Both the position numbers and the translations under genes were made by a program. DNA of 64,000 nt from a virus. The stretch lies in the IMG/VR virus record IMGVR_UViG_3300025949_000023, positions 8,044 to 72,043 of that record; one strand, 5' to 3'. Below are positions 40,063 through 48,970 of the stretch, piece after piece (the first letter of the stretch is position 1; each line of letters opens with the position of its first letter). Under the pieces are notes generated by a model. The model ran no database searches. It was not told where the DNA came from and worked only from the letters and a program-made list of their open reading frames with translations.

Positions 40063-40123
40063 CAAATGTAGTATCAAATTGGGAAAAACAAAACTTTTTG
40101 GGAAAAGTGCAATTTTGGGAAAA
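40063..40123 (-). promoter_or_regulatory. Scaffold/MCP promoter overlapped by three TTGGGAAAA repeats
   Basis: On -: TTTG (40089-40092) N18 TACATTTG (40063-40070). TTGGGAAAA on + at 40079, 40098 and 40115. Confidence 0.65.
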
Positions 40124-40124
40124 T

Positions 40125-40150
40125 AAAAAAGGCCACCAAAAATGGTAGCC
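40125..40150 (-). terminator. Intrinsic terminator
   Basis: GGCTACCA-TTTT-TGGTGGCC-TTTTTT. Confidence 0.7.
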
Positions 40151-40191
40151 CGATATAAAACTAACCCCAGCCCACGCGGGTAACACATGGA

Positions 40192-40758
40192 CTATTTTTT
40201 TCCGGTTTTACCGGTATTTTTGGCGCTCTTTTCCTGTACATCTTCTACTGCGGCTTCTTGGCTTGGCGCTGTAATAGTTTTGCCGTCGCCGGTTATGCCT
40301 TCAACAACTGGCCCGTTGTCTTTCTTTTGTGCTTCTGCCTGGTCAACTGGTTTTGTTCCTTCTGTAAACATTGGGAAATCAGCCTTATTGTCCTGCGTTT
40401 GCACCTCAGTTGGCTTATCTACCCCTTCGCCGCTGTGAGGAAGTATAGTGTCTTTTGGCGCATCCCATGCCATATTCTGTGGCACTGTTTGCTTTTCTGC
40501 AGGTGTATCGGCGCTGCCATCAACAGCCTTGGTTGCGGCCAATACAGGCTGCTCAGGTGCAATGATATACGGTTTACCGGCATTACCGGGTATAAACACA
40601 TGCTCAGGTACAGGTTGACCCACCATTTCCTGTCCGGGGTCGGCATCCTTTAAGCCCCAGCCATAAAGAATGGCATCGTAAATAATTTTTTGCTCCCTTA
40701 GTTCGCCACGGCTTTTCTGCTTAGCGTATGCTGTGGCTAAATCGTGAATGTTTTGCAT
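40192..40758 (-). CDS. Low-complexity hypothetical protein
   Basis: 188 aa; P/E/K/T-rich; in head operon. Confidence 0.55.
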   Translation of the reverse strand: MQNIHDLATAYAKQKSRGELREQKIIYDAILYGWGLKDADPGQEMVGQPVPEHVFIPGNAGKPYIIAPEQPVLAATKAVDGSADTPAEKQTVPQNMAWDAPKDTILPHSGEGVDKPTEVQTQDNKADFPMFTEGTKPVDQAEAQKKDNGPVVEGITGDGKTITAPSQEAAVEDVQEKSAKNTGKTGKK

Positions 40759-40769
40759 TGTTGTTGTTT

Positions 40770-40973
40770 TTATATTAAAAGTTTGTTCAAAGTTTCCCTA
40801 TGTGAATTTTTTATCCTTTCAAGCTGCATTTTATTATTATGCAACTCTTTCTTCATTCTGTTATATTCGGACAACAATTCGTGGTGCTTCTGGTAAAACT
40901 CAAACAGCTCCTTCTCCCGTATAGAGATAATGTTTTCAACTGCTATTTGAGCTTTACTCTTTTCCATTGTCAT
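40770..40973 (-). CDS. Small coiled-coil protein
   Basis: 67 aa; overlaps the portal stop (ATGA). Confidence 0.5.
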   Translation of the reverse strand: MTMEKSKAQIAVENIISIREKELFEFYQKHHELLSEYNRMKKELHNNKMQLERIKNSHRETLNKLLI

Positions 40974-43516
40974 TCCTGTTGTTGTGGCTGCGCCCCCTGT
41001 TGCTCCTGCTGCCCAGCCTGTGCCATCTGCTGCTTCTCCTGCACTACCGTTCCAAATATCATATCCCTCATTGCCTTTAACTCCGGTGTAAGCGGCGTGC
41101 CGGTTTCTTCCGACTTTTTGGTAATCTCCTTAATCATTGATACAAGTTCCTTATACTCGTTACTATTTCCTTTAGCCATTTCAATCGCCACCTTCGCCAT
41201 GGCCTGGGCCTGTATTTCCCTTATTTTACCTTCGGTACTTATCTCTACGCTGGCCTGCTGAATCTTCTGATTCATTACCATTTGATTTTTCTGCATGGCC
41301 TTCGCCTCTTTCTTCGCCCTCTTTTCCATTTTTTCCAAATACAGTATCGCTGTTTTTGGATTAGGTATGTATTCCAGCCGGGCAGCGGTGGCCATGCTAA
41401 TCAACTTACTTTCCAGTGCATTTTCAATGAGCATCATTAAGCGCTCTTTCATTTCGCGCTTATTCACCATATCAATATTCACATCAAAAGAACTATCAAT
41501 TATTGAGCCATCGCCGGCAGCGGGGTCTCCGTACTCACCGGTCATTTTCTTATACTCCTCAGCACTCAATACCATATCGTCCCAAAGAGAATAACAACAC
41601 TTGGTTGCGTTTTGCTCCATGAGCATTATAAAGAAATCATATATATACTCAAAAGATAATCCACCGGCAACCACCGCCTGGTTGGTTGCTGTAGCGCTTT
41701 TCTTTGCCGCGGTAGGCTGCGCCATTATCTCCGGCGTAACTCCCCACTCTTGGTTAGCTATTGCGATAAAAAAGTTGTAGCAGCTTATCAACACATTTAT
41801 CTGCGCAGCATTGCCTCCGTACGTATCGTTTTTATACGGGTCCTGTTTTGGGGCGCCGCTTATGCCGCTGTCGTCCTCGCTGCTCCAATATCGCACGCCT
41901 GTTTGCCTTTTAAGGCGCACTAAATCCATTGGGAGCAATACACCACCAGTACCTATATCAAGGCCGTGCTGCAGCCCTGAAATGTCAAATGAGGTATTGT
42001 CCGGCTCCATCAGCGCAATCATCTGCTGTATTTTCAACAGGCAACCTATTGCCTGCCTGGTAGGTGGTATAGCCCTTTCCAAAAGGGAAGGCACGTACCA
42101 TCCGTTGGCATTAGGGTAAACGATAGAATAGTTTGAAAACACATCCACGCCGTTCTGAAAGGCGCGGAGCTGGTTGGGCTCTACACCCCACTGCAGCAAC
42201 ACATCGGTACCCACTACCCAAACACCTGAGTAAATATTGTATCGGCCCACGCTTATTACTTCTTTATCCTCGCCTACGTTTTTAGGCACTCCTTTCTTTG
42301 CATCTATGCTTGCTGGGCCTTTGACGTACCATTCCTGGTCGTAAACCTTCACCTCGCAGTCAAATACCATAAATGAATAGTCGTCATACGGCCTGTTGAA
42401 ATCGTACATATACGTGTCAATCCAGTCAAGTGGCTTGGCTTGCACTAATCCTTTCTGAGTTACCTGACTTATTTGCCACCACTGTTTTTCTGTAACATTA
42501 GAAAACGCCCGGCGCCCTTCCGATACTTTCATCGGGTAAGCTTCGCCTATAATAGTTACATCCGACCCATCCGCGTTCCTGAAAATATTGTAAACGGTAT
42601 TCTCAGGAATACATCGGCGCACCCGAGTACGGTTGGCCAGCGTAGAACTCTCGCCGCCAAAGACTGTACCCGGTGCTTTTTCCTTTTTAGTCACCATACA
42701 GTTCTTTACAATGCAATCAAACAGCAACTGGCGCTTTAAATTGTCATACCCGCTATTCTGAAAGATTTTCCATATTTCATCCTCCATAAAGCTTTCCTCC
42801 GGTATGCGGTACTCAATTTTGTAGTACACATCCAGCTCGTCCTCGTCCTCCGGCGTAAACCCTGGCTCTAAATTCTGCAGGCCGGAAGCCGCCTGCATAG
42901 CCATAATCTTTTTGTTGTTCTCCATCCGGTAGCGGGCAATAATCTTCTCCCTTTCTTTAAACCTTACACTACCAATGTCCGTGGCCTTAACATCGGGTTT
43001 TTCCTCCCTGTCGCATAGTATCTGTAGTATTTTATTAACGTAGGTAGGTATAATCTGCGCAATGCGGTAGTCTAAATTTAACCAGGTCTTGTTTCCCTGT
43101 ACGCCCATAAGGTTGTAGAAATCCTCACCCCCTTTGTTTCCCAGCGCCCATTGTTCGTTCTCCCACCATCGGTCGGTACGCACTCCGTAGAAGCCGCTGT
43201 TGCCTACATTTATGTAGCTCCACATTTCCTTCATCACCTGTAACCCGTAGGCGGGTTGCCGCTTTTTTGAAACCTGGTCGAACTGCAGGCGCAGCACCGC
43301 GTCAAGGTTTGAAGTTTTAATCTCACTGGTAAGTGCCGTTTCCTGGATGGAAAAATCCCCCACTAAATCAGTAGTGCCGGCACCAGTGCCTGCTACTTGC
43401 GGCAGGTTGGTAGAAACATCCTCTTTTTTTATGCCGATACCTTTTTCAATCATCTGCAAAGCAGTTTCCATTTCTTTTGGGGGGGGAGTGTTTTGGCCCA
43501 TACCTTGTTGATACAT
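40970..43516 (-). CDS. Portal protein (crAss-like)
   Basis: 848 aa; WLNLDYRIAQIIPTYV, IYSGVWVVGT and EWGVTPEIMA; Q-rich C-terminal coiled coil; synteny. Confidence 0.8.
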   Translation of the reverse strand: MYQQGMGQNTPPPKEMETALQMIEKGIGIKKEDVSTNLPQVAGTGAGTTDLVGDFSIQETALTSEIKTSNLDAVLRLQFDQVSKKRQPAYGLQVMKEMWSYINVGNSGFYGVRTDRWWENEQWALGNKGGEDFYNLMGVQGNKTWLNLDYRIAQIIPTYVNKILQILCDREEKPDVKATDIGSVRFKEREKIIARYRMENNKKIMAMQAASGLQNLEPGFTPEDEDELDVYYKIEYRIPEESFMEDEIWKIFQNSGYDNLKRQLLFDCIVKNCMVTKKEKAPGTVFGGESSTLANRTRVRRCIPENTVYNIFRNADGSDVTIIGEAYPMKVSEGRRAFSNVTEKQWWQISQVTQKGLVQAKPLDWIDTYMYDFNRPYDDYSFMVFDCEVKVYDQEWYVKGPASIDAKKGVPKNVGEDKEVISVGRYNIYSGVWVVGTDVLLQWGVEPNQLRAFQNGVDVFSNYSIVYPNANGWYVPSLLERAIPPTRQAIGCLLKIQQMIALMEPDNTSFDISGLQHGLDIGTGGVLLPMDLVRLKRQTGVRYWSSEDDSGISGAPKQDPYKNDTYGGNAAQINVLISCYNFFIAIANQEWGVTPEIMAQPTAAKKSATATNQAVVAGGLSFEYIYDFFIMLMEQNATKCCYSLWDDMVLSAEEYKKMTGEYGDPAAGDGSIIDSSFDVNIDMVNKREMKERLMMLIENALESKLISMATAARLEYIPNPKTAILYLEKMEKRAKKEAKAMQKNQMVMNQKIQQASVEISTEGKIREIQAQAMAKVAIEMAKGNSNEYKELVSMIKEITKKSEETGTPLTPELKAMRDMIFGTVVQEKQQMAQAGQQEQQGAQPQQQE

Positions 43517-43571
43517 ATTGGTAGATTATGGAATAAAGATAAAATTTGTTTGTAATACACTCCCTCTAAAT

Positions 43572-43605
43572 AAAAAAGCCCCGCAGTACACACTTCGCAG
43601 GGCTT
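43572..43605 (-). terminator. Intrinsic terminator
   Basis: AAGCCCTGCG...TGCGGGGCTTTTTT on -. Confidence 0.65.
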
Positions 43606-43643
43606 GCCGTTATTCATCAGTTAAAAAACCAAAAACCGTTTTA

Positions 43644-44219
43644 TTACAGGGTGGTTAGGTACTTTTCGTAAAGCTGCACGGTAGAAAGATTTTCTTTCGG
43701 ATTGACTGTAACCCACAACCCATTATTCAGGCTTGGGCACCAGCCATTAATATTTAGCCATTCCGCAAACCCTATTGCTATCTCCCTTACTTTATTGGGG
43801 GATGAAAATTGAGCGGCGTACTCTTCCATACACTTTTTTAGATACTTGGTTACCATTTCATTATCAAAAATCATAAACGCCTTAGAAAAATAATCATTCA
43901 TGCCAGCTAACACCTCTTTGGGTATATACTTCAATATAACTTCTTCTGCGCTTTTCACCTCTGCATTGCCCTTTGGCTCTGCATTGATTGTAGGTGTTAC
44001 ATTTAGCATTACTTTCTCTACAACAAACGTTTGCATGGTTTTATCACCAAGAACATTAAGCAGGTATCCAGTATGCTTTTTGTCGCTTTTAACAAATACC
44101 TCTGCATTAGCAGGGGCGGGTATAGGTGCATCCTTTATGATATTTACGCATTGTTCTATTCTGCTAAGGCATATTCCCGAAACGGAATGCCCGCAGGTAC
44201 ATTTTGTAGCTATACTCAT
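43644..44219 (-). CDS. Hypothetical protein
   Basis: 191 aa; mosaic of short phage motifs (CMEEYAAQF, AIGFAEWL). Confidence 0.55.
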   Translation of the reverse strand: MSIATKCTCGHSVSGICLSRIEQCVNIIKDAPIPAPANAEVFVKSDKKHTGYLLNVLGDKTMQTFVVEKVMLNVTPTINAEPKGNAEVKSAEEVILKYIPKEVLAGMNDYFSKAFMIFDNEMVTKYLKKCMEEYAAQFSSPNKVREIAIGFAEWLNINGWCPSLNNGLWVTVNPKENLSTVQLYEKYLTTL

Positions 44220-44491
44220 TTTACTAATGTTATTTTATTGGTTAAAACTTCTTTCTTTACAATTTTTGTTTCAGATTGAACGGTCTGGGTTGTCTTTTGA
44301 ATTGGCAAAAACAAATCAGTCGGGGCGCAATGGAGAGGGTTCCACCCATAAACATGATATGTAAGCAGTTGTTTTGCAGCATCTATTAATTGTCGTTCAC
44401 TATTTTGTTGAACATCATGCATAATATGTCTGCCATGTTTTTCTATTTGTTCTGTGCGCTCCTGCGCAATTAATTCAATACCTGTTTTCAT
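44216..44491 (-). CDS. Conserved phage protein (MKTGIELIAxER family), possibly C-terminally truncated
   Basis: MKTGIELIAQERTEQIEKHG...HD...QLIDAA. Confidence 0.5.
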   Translation of the reverse strand: MKTGIELIAQERTEQIEKHGRHIMHDVQQNSERQLIDAAKQLLTYHVYGWNPLHCAPTDLFLPIQKTTQTVQSETKIVKKEVLTNKITLVK

Positions 44492-44535
44492 AAAACTTTA
44501 TTTTTTTTGATTAAATATTATTTTGTTAGCGCCCC

Positions 44536-44772
44536 CTATTGGGCATCTGTGGTTGTGCGATTTTGTTTAATTTCAATAACTGCCACGCCAAATAAAATAA
44601 AATACGCCAAGCAAACTGACAGTACTATATAGGCTTGCTTGTCTTTATGGTTTTGAAAAACGTATACTATTGTTTCGTACGTAACGTATAATGTATAAAT
44701 AGTAACAGCGGCTATTGCAGAAAAAATTATGAGAACAAAAAGGGCATAAAAAAGAAAATTTAAATACTTCAT
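44536..44772 (-). CDS. Two-TM membrane protein
   Basis: 78 aa with two hydrophobic segments. Confidence 0.55.
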   Translation of the reverse strand: MKYLNFLFYALFVLIIFSAIAAVTIYTLYVTYETIVYVFQNHKDKQAYIVLSVCLAYFILFGVAVIEIKQNRTTTDAQ

Positions 44773-44890
44773 TGATTTTTATTTAGTGGGTGTAGTGTGT
44801 ATGTTGCCCATTACTCATTGCCCGGCTCCCTGAATATCATAACCAACACGGCTACTAATATCAACCAGGCAATGAGCGTAGTCGTGGCCA

Positions 44891-45202
44891 TTACTTTTTC
44901 TCCTCCTTCTTAGCCAGCAGCAAGCCCGAATGACTCAGGTTATACGCCGTCTTTGTGTTACCATACTCACCGGCTAAGAAATACTTACACCGGGCCACTA
45001 TCGCATCAACCTGCCTGTAAGTCATTACAACGCTGTTTTTAGCCTTCTCAATCAGTGCTGGCACCTTCGGGTAACCCTTATCCCCGCCAAGGCTTACAAG
45101 CGCCTCAAACTCCCCCAGCATAGCGCTAAACTCCTTATTACACAACTCACCTTGCCACCTGGGCACCTTCGCAGTCTCTCCCGCTGTCTTTTGCTTTTCC
45201 AT
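44891..45202 (-). CDS. Hypothetical protein
   Basis: 103 aa; ACAC-ATG start context. Confidence 0.55.
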   Translation of the reverse strand: MEKQKTAGETAKVPRWQGELCNKEFSAMLGEFEALVSLGGDKGYPKVPALIEKAKNSVVMTYRQVDAIVARCKYFLAGEYGNTKTAYNLSHSGLLLAKKEEKK

Positions 45203-45213
45203 GTGTATTTTTT

Positions 45214-45615
45214 TTAATTAGTTTTCTTCCCCTTTAAAGTCTTAAGCAACAATGTTCGCTGCCACGACTCTAAGTTATCAGCATTGGCTATCTCAATATG
45301 CAACTGCTCCTTCTCATAATCAAACTTAACCTTATCAATAGCATCCATAAACTCATTGTGGCTTTTCGCTGGTACCTTTTGAACTATTGACGAATAGCCA
45401 TCATTACCGTCATTGTCCACTGAAGCTAAAAACTCCTGTGGTACCGGTATAGTCCTATTAACCATAAACTCACTGCCAGCCACCCCAGGTTTATTATTCT
45501 TATAAAAAGCGGCAAGAAAATTCAAAGCCTTCTGCGCAGTGTCCGCCCCCAACTCCTTCAACTCCTCTAACAACTCCAACTCAAATCTTACCCCTATCGG
45601 ATTCGTCTTTGCCAT
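45214..45615 (-). CDS. Ribbon-helix-helix (CopG/Arc-like) DNA-binding protein
   Basis: MAKTNPIGVRFELELLEELKE N-terminus (beta strand plus helix); operator array upstream. Confidence 0.6.
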   Translation of the reverse strand: MAKTNPIGVRFELELLEELKELGADTAQKALNFLAAFYKNNKPGVAGSEFMVNRTIPVPQEFLASVDNDGNDGYSSIVQKVPAKSHNEFMDAIDKVKFDYEKEQLHIEIANADNLESWQRTLLLKTLKGKKTN

Positions 45616-45628
45616 ATATTTTTATTTA

Positions 45629-45744
45629 GTAGCTACAAATATATAGCGTAGCTACATTGTGTCCAAATAATTGTCGCTACATTTTTAGACAAGTAGCTAC
45701 TTTTTTTATTTACAATACAAACTTTATAGTATTCATGTAGCTAC
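45629..45744. promoter_or_regulatory. Five GTAGCTAC palindromes overlapping a consensus Bacteroidota promoter
   Basis: Copies at 45629, 45648, 45673 (GTCGCTAC), 45693 and 45737. Promoter on -: TTTG (45664-45667) N20 TATATTTG (45636-45643). Confidence 0.8.
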
Positions 45745-45955
45745 GGTTATCGAAACAGCAAGTAGGGTATATGAGGGTACTCTCCAACAGTAAGCACCTG
45801 TTTAGGCCGGCGCCTGGGTGGGGGTCAAAGTCGAAAGCTGGGCTACCGGGTGGGTCGCGATTTTTTATTCGCTTATAACCCTGCGCGTGTGTGCGTTCTC
45901 TTTGCTGCCGTTGCGGATGACTGTCTTGCTGCTGCCTTTGGATTGATTGTGGAGG

Positions 45956-45983
45956 CCATCTTATAATATTTATTATGTTAACT
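45956..45983 (+). other. dif-like XerC/XerD recombination site
   Basis: CCATCTTATAA-TATTTA-TTATGTTAACT has 11-6-11 architecture; right arm differs by one base from the E. coli XerD arm TTATGTTAAAT; intergenic. Confidence 0.75.
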
Positions 45984-46340
45984 GGCAACTTTGTCATGCT
46001 GTTTTTCAATGAGTTATGCAGCCTGTTTGCTTGCTTGTTATTTCGTTCAGCCTATCCCCTACCCTCTTGGTTTTACGCCTGATGTGCTGTTTTGAGCCGG
46101 TGTTGTGTTGTGCTAATCATCCTGCATGCAATCGCCTGGCCTATACCCTTGCAAAAATATTTTAACGCAGTGTCAACGCCCTTGTTTGCCAAAATATGCC
46201 TGAAAACCAGTAAATTAGCACGGTGTATGAAATAAATAACAGGTGCTTAACCGTGTCAAACCCTTGTAAAAAGCCTAAAAAATGTTAGTTTGTTTGTTAA
46301 TATCTAAATTTGTTGTCATAGCTTTTAAAACGGTTAAGAT

Positions 46341-46715
46341 ATGCGATTGATAAATGACACAAACCGTCTAAGGTTGTTGGTTTTTAGGTTTTTAGAGCAG
46401 CAAGGAGAGGATTATTGCAGGCTTTACAGGTTTTCGCCTGAACGTATTACGGGCGATTTGCGGGACTACTTCACCCATGTGGGTGTTTACACTCTTTATT
46501 CAAATGAGGTGCTTTACAGCTATATTGAGGCGCGTTTGAGGTATGTTTTTGATTTAGCCGCAGAATACAAGCAAACAAAGCGACGTTTGGGCCTTACAGA
46601 AGAAGATTTATCTAAGTTTTTTGGTTACGCGGACCGACCTTCGTTTGCCATCAGTAACAAGAAAAACCAGCACATAACAGCTTTTTTAAGTATTGCGCGG
46701 GCTATTATGCCATAG
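46341..46715 (+). CDS. HTH (XRE-like) regulator
   Basis: C-terminal KQTKRRLGLTEEDLSKFFGY; TAAATTTG -7 element at 46305-46312. Confidence 0.5.
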   Translation: MRLINDTNRLRLLVFRFLEQQGEDYCRLYRFSPERITGDLRDYFTHVGVYTLYSNEVLYSYIEARLRYVFDLAAEYKQTKRRLGLTEEDLSKFFGYADRPSFAISNKKNQHITAFLSIARAIMP

Positions 46716-46813
46716 CTGCAATGTTGCAGTAACACACATGGATGTGTGATAATTGTACGCTTTTAGCCAGTATTTTACCGATTATCCTTGATTTTGACCG
46801 CTTGTGTATCTTA

Positions 46814-46846
46814 TTTGGTGGCGATAAGCTCATTAATGTATGTTTG
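46814..46846 (+). promoter_or_regulatory. Early promoter
   Basis: TTTG N21 TATGTTTG, upstream of a short hydrophobic ORF starting at 46865. Confidence 0.6.
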
Positions 46847-47012
46847 TGTCCTAAATCAAAACACATGCACTACATAATCTTTTTAGCCGTTATCGCCATA
46901 CCAATGTTTTTATTTGTTAACGCTCTTTATAATGAGGGTAAAAAAAATAATATATAGTTATGGTACCAGCAATAGCCACCATTATTACAATGGTTTTATT
47001 TTACCTGCAAAC

Positions 47013-47041
47013 AAAACCCGCTAAAAGATAGCGGGTTTTTT
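47013..47041. terminator. Bidirectional intrinsic terminator
   Basis: AAAACCCGCTA-AAAGA-TAGCGGGTTTTTT between convergent ORFs. Confidence 0.8.
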
Positions 47042-47047
47042 GATGTT

Positions 47048-47386
47048 CTAAATTTTGTGGGTGTGCTGTAATATGCCATCATAAAACACGTTAATGGCTG
47101 TTAGTTGCCCGTTTTCCGTCCTCACTTCAAAGGAAACAAATTCACCCGGCAGCTTCTTTTTTTCAGGAAAATACACGTCATAAAGCAGCATTTCCGCTTT
47201 ATCATGTTCATGTGCATGTACGTATATCCTTATGTCCGTCCCTTCCGGTTCGTCCAGCCGGATGCCGTGTGTAAATGCCTGTATACCATTTTCTTCCAGC
47301 GTTGTGATAACCTTGTTAATTGTTTGGCGGTCGCCATTTTCTTTGTAAACCTGCATTAATGTTGTCATATGTTTGATTTTAGGCAA
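47048..47386 (-). CDS. DUF2007-like small protein
   Basis: TTLEENGIQAF...IRIYVHAHEHDKAEMLL pattern. Confidence 0.45.
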   Translation of the reverse strand: MPKIKHMTTLMQVYKENGDRQTINKVITTLEENGIQAFTHGIRLDEPEGTDIRIYVHAHEHDKAEMLLYDVYFPEKKKLPGEFVSFEVRTENGQLTAINVFYDGILQHTHKI

Positions 47387-47531
47387 AGTAAATGATGTGG
47401 TTTGTCATTTCCTTACGGTTTCCCGTAAGCCAGGTAAATTACCGTCCATACCCGTTTTTTTACCGCTTGTACCATAAAGTTGGTAGTTGCTTTTGTGTGC
47501 ATGTACATTTGACCTATCAAACACACATGAT

Positions 47532-47777
47532 ATGAAAAAGATAACAGTTATGGAGCAGGTTACCGCTATTGTTAAGCATTGCCAACGTAACGGTGTTAAA
47601 ATACAATGCTTTAGCGAATTTAACGGCATTGTGTCCGCTGTACCGGTTGGCGAGCCAAATAGCCGCTATACTTTGTTTTCTATTATGAGCATCACAGAGC
47701 ACGGCGATTGCCACGCCGATTATCTGCGCAATGCTTGGGGACGCAGTTCTTCGTACTCTCACTCTTATTCTAATTAA
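47532..47777 (+). CDS. Early hypothetical protein
   Basis: MKKITVME start, after TACATTTG promoter element at 47504-47511. Confidence 0.55.
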   Translation: MKKITVMEQVTAIVKHCQRNGVKIQCFSEFNGIVSAVPVGEPNSRYTLFSIMSITEHGDCHADYLRNAWGRSSSYSHSYSN

Positions 47778-47798
47778 CCACCACAAACACACAAACAC

Positions 47799-47993
47799 AT
47801 GCAAACAACCTATATCTTAACCAACGCAGCCGGCAATCTTTATTTAGCTGATGAATTAAATATGCTTTGGTGGCATGAAACAGACTATGCCTGTAAGCAT
47901 TTCGATAATGAGGCGCAGATTGATACATTCCTTATGCGTGAGGATGTTAAAGCCTTTTTAGACGGCGAATTTGTACGCATGAAGCAATTTTAA
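47799..47993 (+). CDS. Early hypothetical protein
   Basis: 64 aa; AAACAC-ATG. Confidence 0.6.
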   Translation: MQTTYILTNAAGNLYLADELNMLWWHETDYACKHFDNEAQIDTFLMREDVKAFLDGEFVRMKQF

Positions 47994-48025
47994 ACCACAT
48001 TCCTAACTATTTAATAATTAAACAC

Positions 48026-48232
48026 ATGGCTTACACAAATCCTGTTACCGGTCAACGCGCTTCAACTGGTACGCTAAACGCATGGTTACGCACTGAAAAA
48101 GAATTTTTGGCTGATTATATAGCCATCGAAATGCACAAACAAGGCCTATTGAGCGAAGAAGCAAGCAACCGCCTTTCTTCGCTTGCCGGGCCCATTGCAC
48201 AAATTATTAACGACTGGACACACGAAGGTTAA
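48026..48232 (+). CDS. Early hypothetical protein
   Basis: 68 aa; AAACAC-ATG; stop codon lies inside hammerhead stem I. Confidence 0.6.
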   Translation: MAYTNPVTGQRASTGTLNAWLRTEKEFLADYIAIEMHKQGLLSEEASNRLSSLAGPIAQIINDWTHEG

Positions 48233-48279
48233 CTGACGAGCTTTAAATAAGCGAAACGGGCGCCTTGCCCGTCTTAACC
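48227..48279 (+). ncRNA. Type I hammerhead ribozyme
   Basis: GGTTAA CTGACGA GCTT-TAAAT-AAGC GAA ACGGGC-GCCTT-GCCCGT C TTAACC: full CUGANGA/GAAA core, three perfect stems, GUC cleavage triplet (cut after 48273). Confidence 0.93.
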
Positions 48280-48294
48280 AACAAACTATAACAC

Positions 48295-48531
48295 ATGAAC
48301 TGGAAAGAATTAAAAGAGAAGTTTGACAACTTACGCCGCAATACGGGCCTTTTTCATGGTTTAGACCTGCATGCCGGTGATGCACGCCTTGGGCGTGTTG
48401 CCTCAACCGTTATGTATGGGGAGCGCGGCACAATGGCTGTAATTAGCGGATATTATTCTTACAAAGAGCTATCCGCATACTTTGACGGATACCAAGCGGC
48501 CATGCAGTCAATTTTAACCGAAAAAGTATAA
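48295..48531 (+). CDS. Early hypothetical protein
   Basis: 78 aa; AACAC-ATG. Confidence 0.6.
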   Translation: MNWKELKEKFDNLRRNTGLFHGLDLHAGDARLGRVASTVMYGERGTMAVISGYYSYKELSAYFDGYQAAMQSILTEKV

Positions 48532-48541
48532 TACTAAAGCC

Positions 48542-48865
48542 ATGGTACAACCTTATTCAGTCGAAGTACAAGCCACTAACACAATAAACACGCTAAAAGC
48601 GCTGTTTACAGGCGATAGGCTCGCCTTAGATTTATTGGCAGGCCAGTATATAGCAGGCGACGATAAACGCGCATTAAGGCAGGAAATATGCCGCCAGATA
48701 ACTGGCGAACGCCGCCCACAGGGTAAATGCACGGTACTGGCTGTTTCAGACGTTTTACACGCCTCTTTCCACCAGTACAGCCTATTTGCACAACCGGCAC
48801 CTGTTGAGCGCGTTACGCAGCCTGTAATTAACTCCCGCGCATGGTTTGAGTTTTTGGCGAAATAG
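48542..48865 (+). CDS. Early hypothetical protein
   Basis: 107 aa in a co-oriented cluster. Confidence 0.55.
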   Translation: MVQPYSVEVQATNTINTLKALFTGDRLALDLLAGQYIAGDDKRALRQEICRQITGERRPQGKCTVLAVSDVLHASFHQYSLFAQPAPVERVTQPVINSRAWFEFLAK

Positions 48866-48970
48866 TTTCGCTATGCGTTGCGGTATAACCGTTGCATTTG
48901 ATTGCACCAACGCACTATATACCCCTAATGTTTGGGGGAATTATTAAACAACCACATAAAAACTATAAAA

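Noticed and set aside
43572-43625. Second hammerhead (CTGATGA on - strand)
   Set aside because: No stem II/GAAA arrangement; the hairpin with U-tract is better explained as a terminator
45629-45744. CRISPR-like mini-array
   Set aside because: Repeats are only 8 bp with 11-36-bp gaps and no cas genes; an operator array fits better
45710-46009. 99-aa - strand ORF
   Set aside because: Low-complexity translation across the operator and dif region; probably non-coding
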